Below are positions 1-10,002 of a DNA stretch of 64,000 nt, piece after piece. The notes under the pieces are model-generated. The model had not been told where the DNA came from. It worked only from the letters and a program-made list of their open reading frames with translations, and made no database searches. Position 1 is the first letter of the stretch. Each line of letters opens with the position of its first letter. The DNA comes from a virus. Made by a program: the position numbers and the translations under genes. The stretch is from the IMG/VR virus record IMGVR_UViG_3300014720_000002. One strand, given 5' to 3'.

Positions 1-20
1 CACTCTGCGTTTGCCGCACT

Positions 21-791
21 GTGAGCGCATTCCTCAAGATCAAGGTGGTGCCGGCCTACGGCAACAACGAGATTGCGGTGCTGTGGAAGACTGTGCCGGA
101 ACTGGCTGCCGCGCGCTTCTTCATCTACCGGTCGGATGATGGCGTGACGGGCTGGGTGCAGGTTGGCCAGGTGGACGGCGGCAGCTACTTCCTCGACCGG
201 CTGGTTCCGCGCGGCAACCAGACCGACACCTACTACAAGGTGGTGCTGCAGGCTCCGGGGGTGCGTGAGGATTCCGACATCGTGGCCACGTTCGGCGATG
301 TGCCGCGCCGCGAGTTCGGCATGGCGGCGGTGATCCTGCGGGACGAGTTCACGATCCTGCGGCTCTGCCTGCCCATCAAGATCGCCCGGCTGCGTCACGG
401 CGGGGCGCGCTGCCAGAAGTGCTCCGACAAGCAGACGGGGCAACGGCTGGCCACCACGCTCTGCGCACATTGCTTCGGCACTGGCTTTGCCGGCGGGTTC
501 CATGCCCCGGTGGACAGCTTCATGCGCAAGCTCGACATCAGCCAGAAAGCCGTGGCGGCCAAGCCGGACGGGAACGGCACGCTGGACATGCAGGGCGTGA
601 AGATGCGCACGCTGGCCCTGCCGCTGCTGGAGAAGGAGGACATGGTGGTGGAGCCGGATGCCGATCGTCGTCATCTCGTGGATGTCGTGGACGTGCATTA
701 CGTCAACGGTAGGTTTCCCGTCCTGCAGGAGGCCACGCTGACCTTGCTTCCCCGCACGGATGTGCGCTACAAGTTTCCATTGACGTCATGA
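21..791 (+). CDS. Putative neck / head-tail connector protein with a CxxC...CxxCxGxG zinc finger
   Basis: 256-aa ORF (GTG start) with RCQKC...CAHCFGTGFAGGF. It lies immediately upstream of the tail completion and sheath genes, where myovirus neck genes usually sit. Confidence 0.55.
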   Translation: MSAFLKIKVVPAYGNNEIAVLWKTVPELAAARFFIYRSDDGVTGWVQVGQVDGGSYFLDRLVPRGNQTDTYYKVVLQAPGVREDSDIVATFGDVPRREFGMAAVILRDEFTILRLCLPIKIARLRHGGARCQKCSDKQTGQRLATTLCAHCFGTGFAGGFHAPVDSFMRKLDISQKAVAAKPDGNGTLDMQGVKMRTLALPLLEKEDMVVEPDADRRHLVDVVDVHYVNGRFPVLQEATLTLLPRTDVRYKFPLTS

Positions 792-1462
792 GCGATGTGC
801 TTGAATCGCCAGATTCGGTGATGCGCAACTTGGGCCGGCTGCCCAAGTCACCCACCAACCTGCGCAAGCTCTTCCTCCTGCTGACCAGGATGCACTACTC
901 GGCACCGGAAAATTTCGGCGAGCTTGCTGATCTGCTGAGAAACTACGTCTGGAAGGCCGAGGAACCTCGTGGTCTGGACATCATGTTGGACTTCCAGTTC
1001 GACCGCAGCCAGGCGCGCACGGTGCCGGCCATTTACGTCGGCATGACAGATTTCATCTACAGCCGGCGGGTTATTGACAACCACAAGGAGTTCACCGAGG
1101 ACCGGTCGGGCCGGATGCAGGTCAAGTCCGTGGGCACCACGGTCATCCTTCGCCACACTTCTGCCTCGGCCGACGAGGTGCTCAACCTGGCTGATCTGAC
1201 CGCGCAGTTTTACCTGGGCGCCCAGGATCTGCTGCGCGAACAGGCCGGCTTCGCGCAGTTCGAGGTGCAGAACCTCCTGCAGCCGAAAATCTTCAACCGG
1301 TCACCCGAGCAGTCCTATCAGCAGTTCGAGGCGGATGTCATCCTGGGGCTGCAGTTCGACGCGGTCTGGTGGACCTTCACCGAGAGCCACCGGATCAAGC
1401 AGATCACCTTCAAGCAAAGTCTTGCGGAATTCGCCAGCCCCGCTAAAGTGTCCGAAAAGTAA
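788..1462 (+). CDS. Putative tail completion / terminator protein
   Basis: 224-aa ORF with ATGA overlap to the previous gene, directly before the sheath. Beta-rich pattern (VPAIYVG...TTVILRHTS...ADEVLNLAD) fits the tail-terminator fold. The call is mostly positional. Confidence 0.45.
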   Translation: MSDVLESPDSVMRNLGRLPKSPTNLRKLFLLLTRMHYSAPENFGELADLLRNYVWKAEEPRGLDIMLDFQFDRSQARTVPAIYVGMTDFIYSRRVIDNHKEFTEDRSGRMQVKSVGTTVILRHTSASADEVLNLADLTAQFYLGAQDLLREQAGFAQFEVQNLLQPKIFNRSPEQSYQQFEADVILGLQFDAVWWTFTESHRIKQITFKQSLAEFASPAKVSEK

Positions 1463-1474
1463 TCTCGTCCCGCC

Positions 1475-4400
1475 ATGATCACTTCATACTCGAAGCCGCA
1501 GTTGACCGTTCGCCAGTTGCTCGACGTGGTGCTGCCCGTCACGCCCTCAGTGCGACACGCCTGCGTGCTCGGGCCGCAGTTCGACCTTCGCCGGGTGACC
1601 AACGCGGACGAGCGCGCCGCCATGAAGGGTGTGCTGTTCGCCGAGAACACCGACCCGGATCCCGCCGCGCGGCAGTTGGTCGCCTACGAGAACCTCCGCC
1701 CCGGCACCATCGTGGACCGTGCGTTCACCAAGCTCTACGCCGAAAACCTGGAGGGTCAGCTTTGGCAGGCCAGTTCTCCGGCCGTCAACGACCAGGTGAG
1801 CCAGGCGAAGTATGAGTTCCTCATCACCTCGCTGGCCACGCCCAACCAGGTGCGGGTCGTCCGGCGCGGAGCGCGCATCGTGGTCTTCTACGACGCCTAC
1901 AGCGGCCAGATCAACGGTGCGGCAGTCATCTTCTCTGGCAGCGGTTATCCGCTGGCCAGCACGGTGGACGTGCCTGTGGCGGGCGGTTCTGGTTCAGGCG
2001 GCGTGCTGCGGCTCACCACCGACGCCAACGGCGCGGTGATCCTGGCCGTGGTGATTTCGCCAGGTGCCGGCTACACCGCCAACATCGTTTTCGACGCTCC
2101 GGTGGCGACCGGCGCCAACGTCGGCGTGGATGACGCCACCCTGATCCCCGAGCTTCGCGGCCGACAGATCAAAGCCGGCGACGTGGTCTATACCACTTTC
2201 GGCGATGCCACGGTGCGTCGCACGGTGCGCCGGGTGGACAAGGAGAACACGGTGGCCAAGGCGGGTTCCGCCGCCGGCAGCGATGATGGCAAGATGGTGG
2301 CGTCGCCGCTCAACCCGATCCAGAGCGAAGCGGCCAGCTTCAACAACCCGTCGGCCCCGCCCAACTGGGACGTCCTGCTCAGCCACAACTCGGTCCTCAA
2401 GGCGACCATCAGCAATGCCGGCAGCGGCTACACCACGGCTCCGAACGTGGCGCTCTCGGCCCCGCCCAGCATCGGCGGCGCGCTCCTCTGGGCCAATGCC
2501 CAGGCGCTGGCCTCGGCCACTGTCGTGGACGGCAAAGTGACCGCCATCTCCATCGACCATCCTGGCGCGGGCTATGTGGACGGTGGCGTGGTGACGCTGG
2601 TCATCAGCAATGCTGGCAGCGGATACCAGGCGGTGCCGACCATCACCCTCGCGGCACCTCCTTCGGGCGGTATCCAGGCCAAGGCCGAGGCGATCGTCTC
2701 CGGCGGCCAGGTGACCGGCTACCGCATCATTGAACCCGGCCAGGGCTACACCAGCGCGCCGGCGGTCTCATTCTCGGGCGGCACGCCCACTGCGGCGGCC
2801 GTGGCCACCTCCACCATCGCGTCGGCTCCCACCATCACCTTCTCTGGCGGCGGTGGCAGCAATGCGGCGGCCACCGTGGTTCTGCGCTCGCTGGCCTCCG
2901 ACTGGAACGGTCTCAAGGAAGGCGCGATCTACGCGGGCCAGTATGGCGAGCGTTACGCCATCACCGTCGTCAAGGGCGGGTCGGATGACCAGGTGCCCCG
3001 GGTGCGTGTTCGCAGCCAGTCCGGCGGCTTCCTCGCCGACAACGTCGTGGTGCGCCGGCTCGGTAACGCCTACGTGCTCAACCACGCCGTCTTTGGCGGA
3101 CTGGTGCCTGAGCTTCGCTACATCGGTCTGGCCAGCACGGTTCCCCCGCTCAACCTGGGTGACCAGTTCAGCTTCGTGGTGTTCGGCAAATACAAGCCGC
3201 TCGACCTCATCGCTGGCGGTTCGGTTGCGTCCTACAATGTTCTCAGCGGCGGCACGGGTTACACGACTGGCAACACCACTATCGAGATCAGCACGCCCCC
3301 TTCGGGTGGTGTGCAGGCCACAGCCACTGCCCAGATTTCTGGCGGTGAGTTGACGGGCTGCGTAATCGACAATCCCGGGTCCGGTTACGTTTATCCGCCG
3401 GTGGTCAAGGTCAAGTCAACCCAGGTGAGCGGGACTGCCTCGGCTTCGTCCGAGGTGACCGGTTCGGAAGCGGCCAAGGCGTTCGACGGCGATCTGAACA
3501 CCCTATGGTCTTCAACGGCCGATCCTTCCTCGGTCAGCGGCGGCGAGTGGGTCAAATGGGTGTTCGGCAGCGGCAAACAAATCACCGGTTACGCCATCGC
3601 GTTCCCGGTCAACAACCGGCCGCTGAACTTCGTCCTGGAAGGTTCCAACAACGGCACGACCTGGGACGTGCTCGACATGGTCAGCGGAAACACCAGCATG
3701 GCCACGGCCATCTCCCGCCAGTTCAGCAACCAGACCAGCTACACGCAGCTTCGGGTGCGCGCGACGGCGATGAACAGCGAGGGGCTCGGCGTGGCGGTGC
3801 CGTTCAAGATCCGCTCCTTCGACCTCAGCACCGCCAACGGCGACGCGCTCCAGGTTGGCTACGGCGCCATCGTCACCGCCAACCTCGCCACGCCGGCGGC
3901 CAGCCGCAGCATCACGCTGGTGGCTTCGGGCCTCTACCGCGGCACGGCGGACACCCGCTACCAGGTGACGGTCGTCTCCTCCGGTAACAACGCGGTGCCC
4001 ACACCCTACAACGGGGCGGTGGTGCGCATCACCGACTCGGCGGGCATTGATGCCCTGCAGGAGATCGCGGTCACCCAGGGGGTCGAGTATCCGCTCGGCA
4101 CGCTGGGTCTGCGCTTCATCTTCCCAGCCCGGGATGCGAGCGTGCACACCCATCAGGTTGGCCTCCGCAAGGGTGACGTGTTCTACGTGCACGCCACTTC
4201 ACAGAAAGCCAACGGCGCGGCCAGCATTCTGGTGCTCAACGGCCAGGCGGCGGACACGATGGAGTGGTCCGACTTCGACCTGCCCATCAACAAGCTCAAC
4301 ATCGACGTCCGGGCGCTCTTCACCGGGGAACTGGTGGCCAAGCGCAACTCGGCGCCGCTGCTGGCCTACGAGGCGGGCACGGAGTCGGTGGGCGGCATTC

Positions 4401-5854
4401 TGGTGCGCGACACCCTCAAGCTCAAGTTCACCGACCGCGATGCCGACTACCAGTGGGTGCCGGCCAAGGCATCGCTGGCGGGACGGCTCTTCGCGCATTA
4501 CCGCGCGCTCGTGCCGGCGACCAGCGCCGACACGTTCAAGCTCTACGGCTCGGAGGCTGACCTCATCACGACCTTCGGCAAGAACGACGCCGACAATCCG
4601 GTCTGCCACGGTGCGGTCATCGCGTTCCGCGCGGCGCAGACGAAGCCCGTCTATGTGGGCCGGCTGGCCAGCGACGACCGCGCCGGCTACACGGCCATGC
4701 TCCGCAAGGCCGAGCGCGTGCGCGGCATCTATGCCGTGGCGCTCATGACGTCCGACTACACGATCCAGCAGGATCTCCGGACGCACTGCAACAAGGTGTC
4801 CACCGAGAAGGGCAAGCTCTGGCGCCGTGGCTACATTGGCACCGCCAATCCCGGTTCCTACCCGCTGCTCGTGCTGCAGGCGGATGGTGCCCTCTACGAG
4901 GCGGTCATCCTGGCCAATGGCTCTGGCAACGTCCGGGTGGTTTCGCCGGACGCGAAGTTCCTGACGTTGGGCGTGAAGCCGGGCGATCAGTTCCGCACCA
5001 ACTACCGGGCGAACGAGTGGAACGACACGGTGTTCGACAGCTACGTGGTGGCCAACGTCCTCGAAGAGGATGAGCTTCTGCTGGAGACAGGTCCGGGCGC
5101 CGCGGTCAATCCGGCGGTGAAGTTTGAACTCTGGCGGCCGGACAACGGCCTTTCCCAGGCCGAGTTCATTGGCGGCCGGTCGGAGCAGTTCCTCGACCGC
5201 CGCGTCAACAACCTGTGGGTGGACAGCCCGCTCCGTCGCAATGTCGCCGGCAGCCTGCTCTCCCAGCCGCTCTGCTTCCTTGCTGCCGAGGCAGCGGGTC
5301 TCCGCTCGGTGCTCCTGCCGCAGCAGGGGCTGACCCGCGTGCAGTTCGAGCACTCGGTCACGGCCGCCCCGCTGATGTTCTCCAAATACTCCGACGAGGA
5401 ACTGGATGTGGCCGCCAGCCGCGGCACGTTCATCGTCACGCAGGAGTTGGAGGACGGGCCGGTGTTCGTCCGTCACCAGCTTACGACGGATTCCAACCGC
5501 GGCATCCTCTACTACGAGGACTCTGTGGGTGCGAACCTCGACGACATGTCCTACAAGGTCGTGGACATCCTGGACCGCTACGTCGGCCGCCGCAACGCGG
5601 TGCAGGCCGTGGTCGAGGAGATCATGACCGACATGCGCAACCTGTTGGATTCGTCCAAGGACACCCCGTCGGCGGTGCCGGATGCGGGTCCGCAGATCGT
5701 GGACTACGCCAACCTCAAGGTCGCCATCGACCCTGTGCTCAAGGACACCATCAACGTGTCCGTGGACATCGACTTCCCGCTCCCGCTCAACCATCTGCGG
5801 GTCACCCTGCGCGCCGCGCGCTCGCTGGGAGCGGAGAACACTGCAGCCGTCTGA
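1475..5854 (+). CDS. Contractile tail sheath protein with inserted Gly-rich repeats and an F5/8-type C (discoidin) domain
   Basis: 1459 aa. C-terminus is sheath-like (VFVRHQLTTD...VGANLDDMSYKV...DPVLKDTINVSVDIDFPLPLNHLRVTL) and the next gene is tube-sized. About 8 internal GSGY/GAGY..AP repeats and a discoidin motif (AFDGDLNTLW...EWVKW...FVLEGSNNGTTW). Confidence 0.8.
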   Translation: MITSYSKPQLTVRQLLDVVLPVTPSVRHACVLGPQFDLRRVTNADERAAMKGVLFAENTDPDPAARQLVAYENLRPGTIVDRAFTKLYAENLEGQLWQASSPAVNDQVSQAKYEFLITSLATPNQVRVVRRGARIVVFYDAYSGQINGAAVIFSGSGYPLASTVDVPVAGGSGSGGVLRLTTDANGAVILAVVISPGAGYTANIVFDAPVATGANVGVDDATLIPELRGRQIKAGDVVYTTFGDATVRRTVRRVDKENTVAKAGSAAGSDDGKMVASPLNPIQSEAASFNNPSAPPNWDVLLSHNSVLKATISNAGSGYTTAPNVALSAPPSIGGALLWANAQALASATVVDGKVTAISIDHPGAGYVDGGVVTLVISNAGSGYQAVPTITLAAPPSGGIQAKAEAIVSGGQVTGYRIIEPGQGYTSAPAVSFSGGTPTAAAVATSTIASAPTITFSGGGGSNAAATVVLRSLASDWNGLKEGAIYAGQYGERYAITVVKGGSDDQVPRVRVRSQSGGFLADNVVVRRLGNAYVLNHAVFGGLVPELRYIGLASTVPPLNLGDQFSFVVFGKYKPLDLIAGGSVASYNVLSGGTGYTTGNTTIEISTPPSGGVQATATAQISGGELTGCVIDNPGSGYVYPPVVKVKSTQVSGTASASSEVTGSEAAKAFDGDLNTLWSSTADPSSVSGGEWVKWVFGSGKQITGYAIAFPVNNRPLNFVLEGSNNGTTWDVLDMVSGNTSMATAISRQFSNQTSYTQLRVRATAMNSEGLGVAVPFKIRSFDLSTANGDALQVGYGAIVTANLATPAASRSITLVASGLYRGTADTRYQVTVVSSGNNAVPTPYNGAVVRITDSAGIDALQEIAVTQGVEYPLGTLGLRFIFPARDASVHTHQVGLRKGDVFYVHATSQKANGAASILVLNGQAADTMEWSDFDLPINKLNIDVRALFTGELVAKRNSAPLLAYEAGTESVGGILVRDTLKLKFTDRDADYQWVPAKASLAGRLFAHYRALVPATSADTFKLYGSEADLITTFGKNDADNPVCHGAVIAFRAAQTKPVYVGRLASDDRAGYTAMLRKAERVRGIYAVALMTSDYTIQQDLRTHCNKVSTEKGKLWRRGYIGTANPGSYPLLVLQADGALYEAVILANGSGNVRVVSPDAKFLTLGVKPGDQFRTNYRANEWNDTVFDSYVVANVLEEDELLLETGPGAAVNPAVKFELWRPDNGLSQAEFIGGRSEQFLDRRVNNLWVDSPLRRNVAGSLLSQPLCFLAAEAAGLRSVLLPQQGLTRVQFEHSVTAAPLMFSKYSDEELDVAASRGTFIVTQELEDGPVFVRHQLTTDSNRGILYYEDSVGANLDDMSYKVVDILDRYVGRRNAVQAVVEEIMTDMRNLLDSSKDTPSAVPDAGPQIVDYANLKVAIDPVLKDTINVSVDIDFPLPLNHLRVTLRAARSLGAENTAAV

Positions 5855-5878
5855 ACAGCAACCTGAACTCACTGAACT

Positions 5879-6382
5879 ATGCCTGGCGATCTTGACTTCT
5901 TCGGCTACCAGCGGGAACTGGTCGGCCAGAACCACCTCATCTCCTCCGACTACACCTCGATCTTCATCCCGGCGCCCAACGGCAACGGGCGGCTGGGTCT
6001 GGTGCAGGGATCGCAGCTTACCTACGGCCACCGGGTCATGCCGCGGTTCGAGGGTGGCAGTTCCGAGCTTTACTGGGTGACGGGCCAGCCCAGCGGCGCG
6101 CTTCAGGTGGGCCGCCTCGTCGGCAACAACGGCGTGCTGGCCAGCCTGCGACCCGAGTCCAATCCCGGCAGCATCCGCAAGGCGGTGCTCAGTTCCGTGG
6201 AGTTCAAGGTCGGCCGTGCATCGCCCTTTGGCGCCACCACCAGCCAGGATGTGATCGTCCTGCGCGGGTGCGTCATGGAGAACGTCTCGTGGAATTTCAA
6301 CGTCGACGGGCTGGACGTGGCCGAGAGCTTCAACATCCAGGCGGCGCTGGTGAAGAAGGCTTCCGGCGGTTTCGCCTCGTAA
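5879..6382 (+). CDS. Tail tube protein
   Basis: 167-aa ORF directly after the sheath, with strongly C/G-ending codons and a downstream terminator. Size, position and beta-rich sequence are typical of a tube protein. Confidence 0.7.
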   Translation: MPGDLDFFGYQRELVGQNHLISSDYTSIFIPAPNGNGRLGLVQGSQLTYGHRVMPRFEGGSSELYWVTGQPSGALQVGRLVGNNGVLASLRPESNPGSIRKAVLSSVEFKVGRASPFGATTSQDVIVLRGCVMENVSWNFNVDGLDVAESFNIQAALVKKASGGFAS

Positions 6383-6432
6383 CCGGCAGACTTTCGGTGT
6401 AGAGGTTGTCTGTGGTTGGTTCCTTGTGTTCG

Positions 6433-6469
6433 GGCCGCCCAGGGGTGCATGACCTGGGCGGCCTTTCCA
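6433..6469 (+). terminator. Rho-independent terminator after the tube gene
   Basis: Perfect 11-bp stem ggccgcccagg (6433-6443) / cctgggcggcc (6453-6463), 9-nt loop, followed by tttcca(ttt). Confidence 0.7.
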
Positions 6470-6519
6470 TTTCGACAGCTTGACGCCAGGCTGCCAGACA
6501 CGTTGACTTGAACCCGCAC

Positions 6520-8526
6520 ATGAACTCCAAAACCCGGCAGAGCAACATCCGGCCTGGCGTGGTCATCGGCACACGGCTGCCGGGGCAGGTGGTCGAGGTG
6601 AAGATGGAGGGCGATGGCGAGGTGGTGCGCTGCGTGTGGGCGGCGGGCATCATGTGTGGCCTGCTGGGCTTCCGGCTGACCCACATTCCCACCATCAACA
6701 CCCGCGTGCTGGTCCTGCATTCCGGCATGGAGCACGACTTCATCATCGGCACACTGCCCGCCTTGATCGTGGATGGTGTCCAGCCTGATCGACGGGTGAC
6801 TGGCAATGGCGCCGCCGACTACACGCGCACCGAACCCTTCACCGCCCGGCTGGACCCAGAGGAGGCCGGCTATCTGGACCATCGTCCGCCGGTGGATCTG
6901 GTTGAAGGCGAGATTGACCTGTCCAACCTGCAGGGTGTCGGGCTGACGCTGCTGCGCCGGCTGGTGTCGCTGCAGGCCGGCGACCTGGCCCGGGTGGAGT
7001 GTCACCTGCACGACGACATGGTCCGGATCATCAGCGACGCCTTCAAGCACTACACCGCGTTCGGGGAGCACAGCATCACCAACGACGGCGGCCGTCTTAA
7101 TGTGGTCTGGCATGGCACCAGCCGGGAGCACGAGGCGATGGGCCGGATGCGGGAGAACGATCCGCTGGTGAATCTCAAGGACGGTGACACCGTGGACCAG
7201 ACGGATGTGGATCCGGAAAAGGATGATGGTCGCTGGCGCTTCAGCCAGTATGTCGGCTGGCTGGGCAATTTCGTGAACATGTTTGTCACGGACCCGGTGA
7301 ACCAGATCGGCCGGCTGGCTGAGGACGCGTTCCGCTCGGGCAAGGCGCGCGTGCATGTGGGCAACGACGGCGCCATCCTTCTGCAGTCGGTCAGCGACAT
7401 CGTGCTGGAGAAGGTGGTCCGCATTCCGGTGCCCGTGCCGCTGCGGCGCGAGGACAGCGGTGACGGCAACCGCACGGACGACCCGGCGGCCAACTACGAG
7501 TTCCTCAAGGCCTGGCAGCCCTCCGACCAGAACAACGTGTTCGAGATGGCCTTCCAGTTGCGCGAGTATGCCCGCTGGCTGTCCGCCACCCACAGCCTCG
7601 CCCGGTTCCACCAGTTGAACCGGGAGTGGAAGGTGCCCAGCGAATCACAGACTCCGGCCCCGTCGCTGGGCGCCGATGAGGTGGACCGCAAGCAGGCCAA
7701 CCTGCCCACGGCGTCCGCCAGCGTGGCGGCATGGCGGCTGGCCTACTCGGCCATCCGGATCTTCCGTGATGGCTCCATCCAGACTGTGGATGCCTACGGC
7801 AACAGCACAACAACCACCAAGACGGGTGTTCTATTCGACACGCCCCGGGACTTCACCTTCGTGGCGGGAGGCTCGTTCAATGTCCTGGCCGCGCGCGACA
7901 TCAACCTGGTGGCGCAGAAGGATGTGGGCATCACCGCCGCCAAGGGGGCGGTGCGGGTGAAGGCGGAGACGGCCCTGCAGATGTTCGTCAAAACTGGCCA
8001 CGCCGTCATCGAGACCACCGGCACCTACCTGCTCAAGCTGATCGGCGCGTTCAAGATCGGCACGCGCATGGACGTGTCGAAGGAAGGTGACATGATCCTG
8101 CGCGGCACGCTGCACGCCGAGACCGCCTACGTTCAGGGCGATGTCATCGCGCGCTACATGGCCCATGCGACGCCGCTGGCTGGACCGTGGAACCACTACA
8201 ACCATGTCGGCATCTCTGGCCCGCCGCCTATGCCAGTTGGACAGCCGGTCCAGGACGAGTTCAAGTTTCCCGCCAGCCACCCCGGAGAGGCGCTTTACGA
8301 ACCCTACGGCCAGCAGATGCTTCGGCGCGGTGAACTGGGCGGAACTACAGCCTGGAACCTGGCGGACAACGCCGTGGAAGGAAAGGGTGCACCCTGGCCG
8401 GGCAGCAATCAATGGAAGCAGGCTGATGGTGGCGACGCCCTCAACACGCCTTCGACCGAAGCGGCACCGGCCGCCAAACCTCAACCCTTGACCAGCGCGC
8501 CCGTCGTGGTGCGCTCACCTGCATGA
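6520..8526 (+). CDS. Baseplate central spike/hub protein (gp5/VgrG-like)
   Basis: About 668 aa from ATG 6520. N-terminal OB-fold-like segment (VRCVWAAG...PTINTRVLV...FIIG) and a C-terminal beta-helix-like run (FTFVAGGSFNVLAARDINLVAQKDVGITAAKGAVRVKA). Confidence 0.6.
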   Translation: MNSKTRQSNIRPGVVIGTRLPGQVVEVKMEGDGEVVRCVWAAGIMCGLLGFRLTHIPTINTRVLVLHSGMEHDFIIGTLPALIVDGVQPDRRVTGNGAADYTRTEPFTARLDPEEAGYLDHRPPVDLVEGEIDLSNLQGVGLTLLRRLVSLQAGDLARVECHLHDDMVRIISDAFKHYTAFGEHSITNDGGRLNVVWHGTSREHEAMGRMRENDPLVNLKDGDTVDQTDVDPEKDDGRWRFSQYVGWLGNFVNMFVTDPVNQIGRLAEDAFRSGKARVHVGNDGAILLQSVSDIVLEKVVRIPVPVPLRREDSGDGNRTDDPAANYEFLKAWQPSDQNNVFEMAFQLREYARWLSATHSLARFHQLNREWKVPSESQTPAPSLGADEVDRKQANLPTASASVAAWRLAYSAIRIFRDGSIQTVDAYGNSTTTTKTGVLFDTPRDFTFVAGGSFNVLAARDINLVAQKDVGITAAKGAVRVKAETALQMFVKTGHAVIETTGTYLLKLIGAFKIGTRMDVSKEGDMILRGTLHAETAYVQGDVIARYMAHATPLAGPWNHYNHVGISGPPPMPVGQPVQDEFKFPASHPGEALYEPYGQQMLRRGELGGTTAWNLADNAVEGKGAPWPGSNQWKQADGGDALNTPSTEAAPAAKPQPLTSAPVVVRSPA

Positions 8527-9293
8527 TCCCCTGCAATCAAGTCATCAGCCAGACCTTCGCCCTCATCAGTTCGGCACAGGCGTTCACCAATCCCCAGGCC
8601 ACGGCGCTCGACAACCTCAAGTCCCTGACCAGCGGGCGCATCCTGGTGGTGGATCAGTTGATCCTGCAGTTGGATCCACTCGACCCGGACTATCCGGTCA
8701 AGCTGCTGAACCTCAACACGCTCAAGACCAACCTGGTCAACATGGTGGGCGGTCAGAACTATGCCAACTTCCAGAACTCCCCCATCGGGCAGTTCCTGGC
8801 CTACACGGATTTCCTGAGCGGCAAGCGCAGCAGTTTCCCGGCGGAGCTTTCTGCCATCGCCGGCACAGTGCCGGGTTCGGCGGTGCTGGCCGGGGCCACG
8901 TTCTTCACGGTGCTGTCGGTGGCCGGCGCCTGGCCGCACTTCAGCAGTGAACTCTGCGAGGAGGTTGATCCATCCGATCCCTGTGCCCACGTTCACGGCA
9001 TGTTCGGAGCCGTGCTGGGCGAGTTCAACCAGAACCTGTCCAACATGCTGTCCTGGATGTCTGGCGATTGGCTGCTGCAGAGTGTTGAGGCGGCGATCCA
9101 GAAAGTGCAGGAGTTCGTCCAGCAGGTGCTGGGCAAGATCGTTGAGGGCTTGACCAAAATGACGGAAGCCTTCATCAAGGCGGCGAACCACGGCGTGGCC
9201 AAGCTGCTGGAAGCGCTGAAAATCGACCCGTGCATCGCGAGCCTGCTGCACGCGGTTGGAACCCAGCAGTTGCGCAACGTCCTGGAAGTCTGA
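8523..9293 (+). CDS. Hypothetical tail-module protein
   Basis: 256-aa ORF, ATGA-coupled, with phage-typical codon usage; no recognised motif. Confidence 0.6.
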   Translation: MIPCNQVISQTFALISSAQAFTNPQATALDNLKSLTSGRILVVDQLILQLDPLDPDYPVKLLNLNTLKTNLVNMVGGQNYANFQNSPIGQFLAYTDFLSGKRSSFPAELSAIAGTVPGSAVLAGATFFTVLSVAGAWPHFSSELCEEVDPSDPCAHVHGMFGAVLGEFNQNLSNMLSWMSGDWLLQSVEAAIQKVQEFVQQVLGKIVEGLTKMTEAFIKAANHGVAKLLEALKIDPCIASLLHAVGTQQLRNVLEV

Positions 9294-9306
9294 CGTATCC
9301 AAGCCT

Positions 9307-10002
9307 ATGACTGAAACCAAGCCCGTAGCCGACGTGCTGGGCGGCGACCGTGCCGACCTGGAGATGCAGCAGAGCGCCACCACCGCCGATGCCGTGAAGG
9401 CGTTTCTGAAGGAAAAGCAAGGTCAGGACGCCGCGCCCGAGAGCGCTGGCTCCCGAACCCGAATCACCCCCGACGACAGCTTTGACCAGCTTCCACCTGA
9501 CGCCCTCCGGGAGGAGGCGCTGGCCGCGCACGAGAAGCTGGTCGTGACGGAGGACCAGAAGATCAGGTTCCTCAAGTCCCTGCTTAACGATGAGCGGTTC
9601 ACCGACCAGACCAGCCTGTTCAACGGACAGCTTCTGGTTGAGGTGCGCTCCCGCAACCTGGCGGAGCAGCGCTGGATTCTGGACCTGCTGGCCGCGGACA
9701 TCGCCGACGGGCTGATCGACAAGGACTCGCCGGTGATCGCCTTTACCCGGTTCCAGTATTACGCGGCGCTCCTGATGGTGCGCCGGATCAACACCCAGAC
9801 GTTCTCCGACCTGGAGTTCGATCCGGCTCAGGACGTCAAGGCGCGCAAGGAGAAGTTCCGTCAGGCGGTCGAGGCCAAGCTGCACCAGATGAGCGGACCG
9901 CGCTGGCAGGCGGTGCTCAAGGCCATGTCCCGGTTCGAGGCGTTGTGCGCGAAGCTCAACGAGGAGGCGATCAACGAGGATTTTTGGAAAACCCGCGCCT
10001 GA
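9307..10002 (+). CDS. Tail assembly chaperone (gpG-like)
   Basis: Helical ORF from ATG 9307, upstream of the tape measure gene. It ends just after the slippery-like heptamer G GAT TTT (9978-9984). Confidence 0.6.
   Translation: MTETKPVADVLGGDRADLEMQQSATTADAVKAFLKEKQGQDAAPESAGSRTRITPDDSFDQLPPDALREEALAAHEKLVVTEDQKIRFLKSLLNDERFTDQTSLFNGQLLVEVRSRNLAEQRWILDLLAADIADGLIDKDSPVIAFTRFQYYAALLMVRRINTQTFSDLEFDPAQDVKARKEKFRQAVEAKLHQMSGPRWQAVLKAMSRFEALCAKLNEEAINEDFWKTRA

Noticed and set aside
5856-5863. cagcaacc shared upstream of the tube gene (5856) and fibre gene (28045) as a late promoter
   Set aside because: Only two instances, at different spacing from the ATG; could be chance.
4199-6031. 610-aa minus-strand ORF (also 6103..7611, 28130..29476, 36980..37861, 48164..49348, 53165..54472 and similar)
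   Set aside because: Antisense shadows of strongly C/G-ending + strand genes, with no recognisable motifs.
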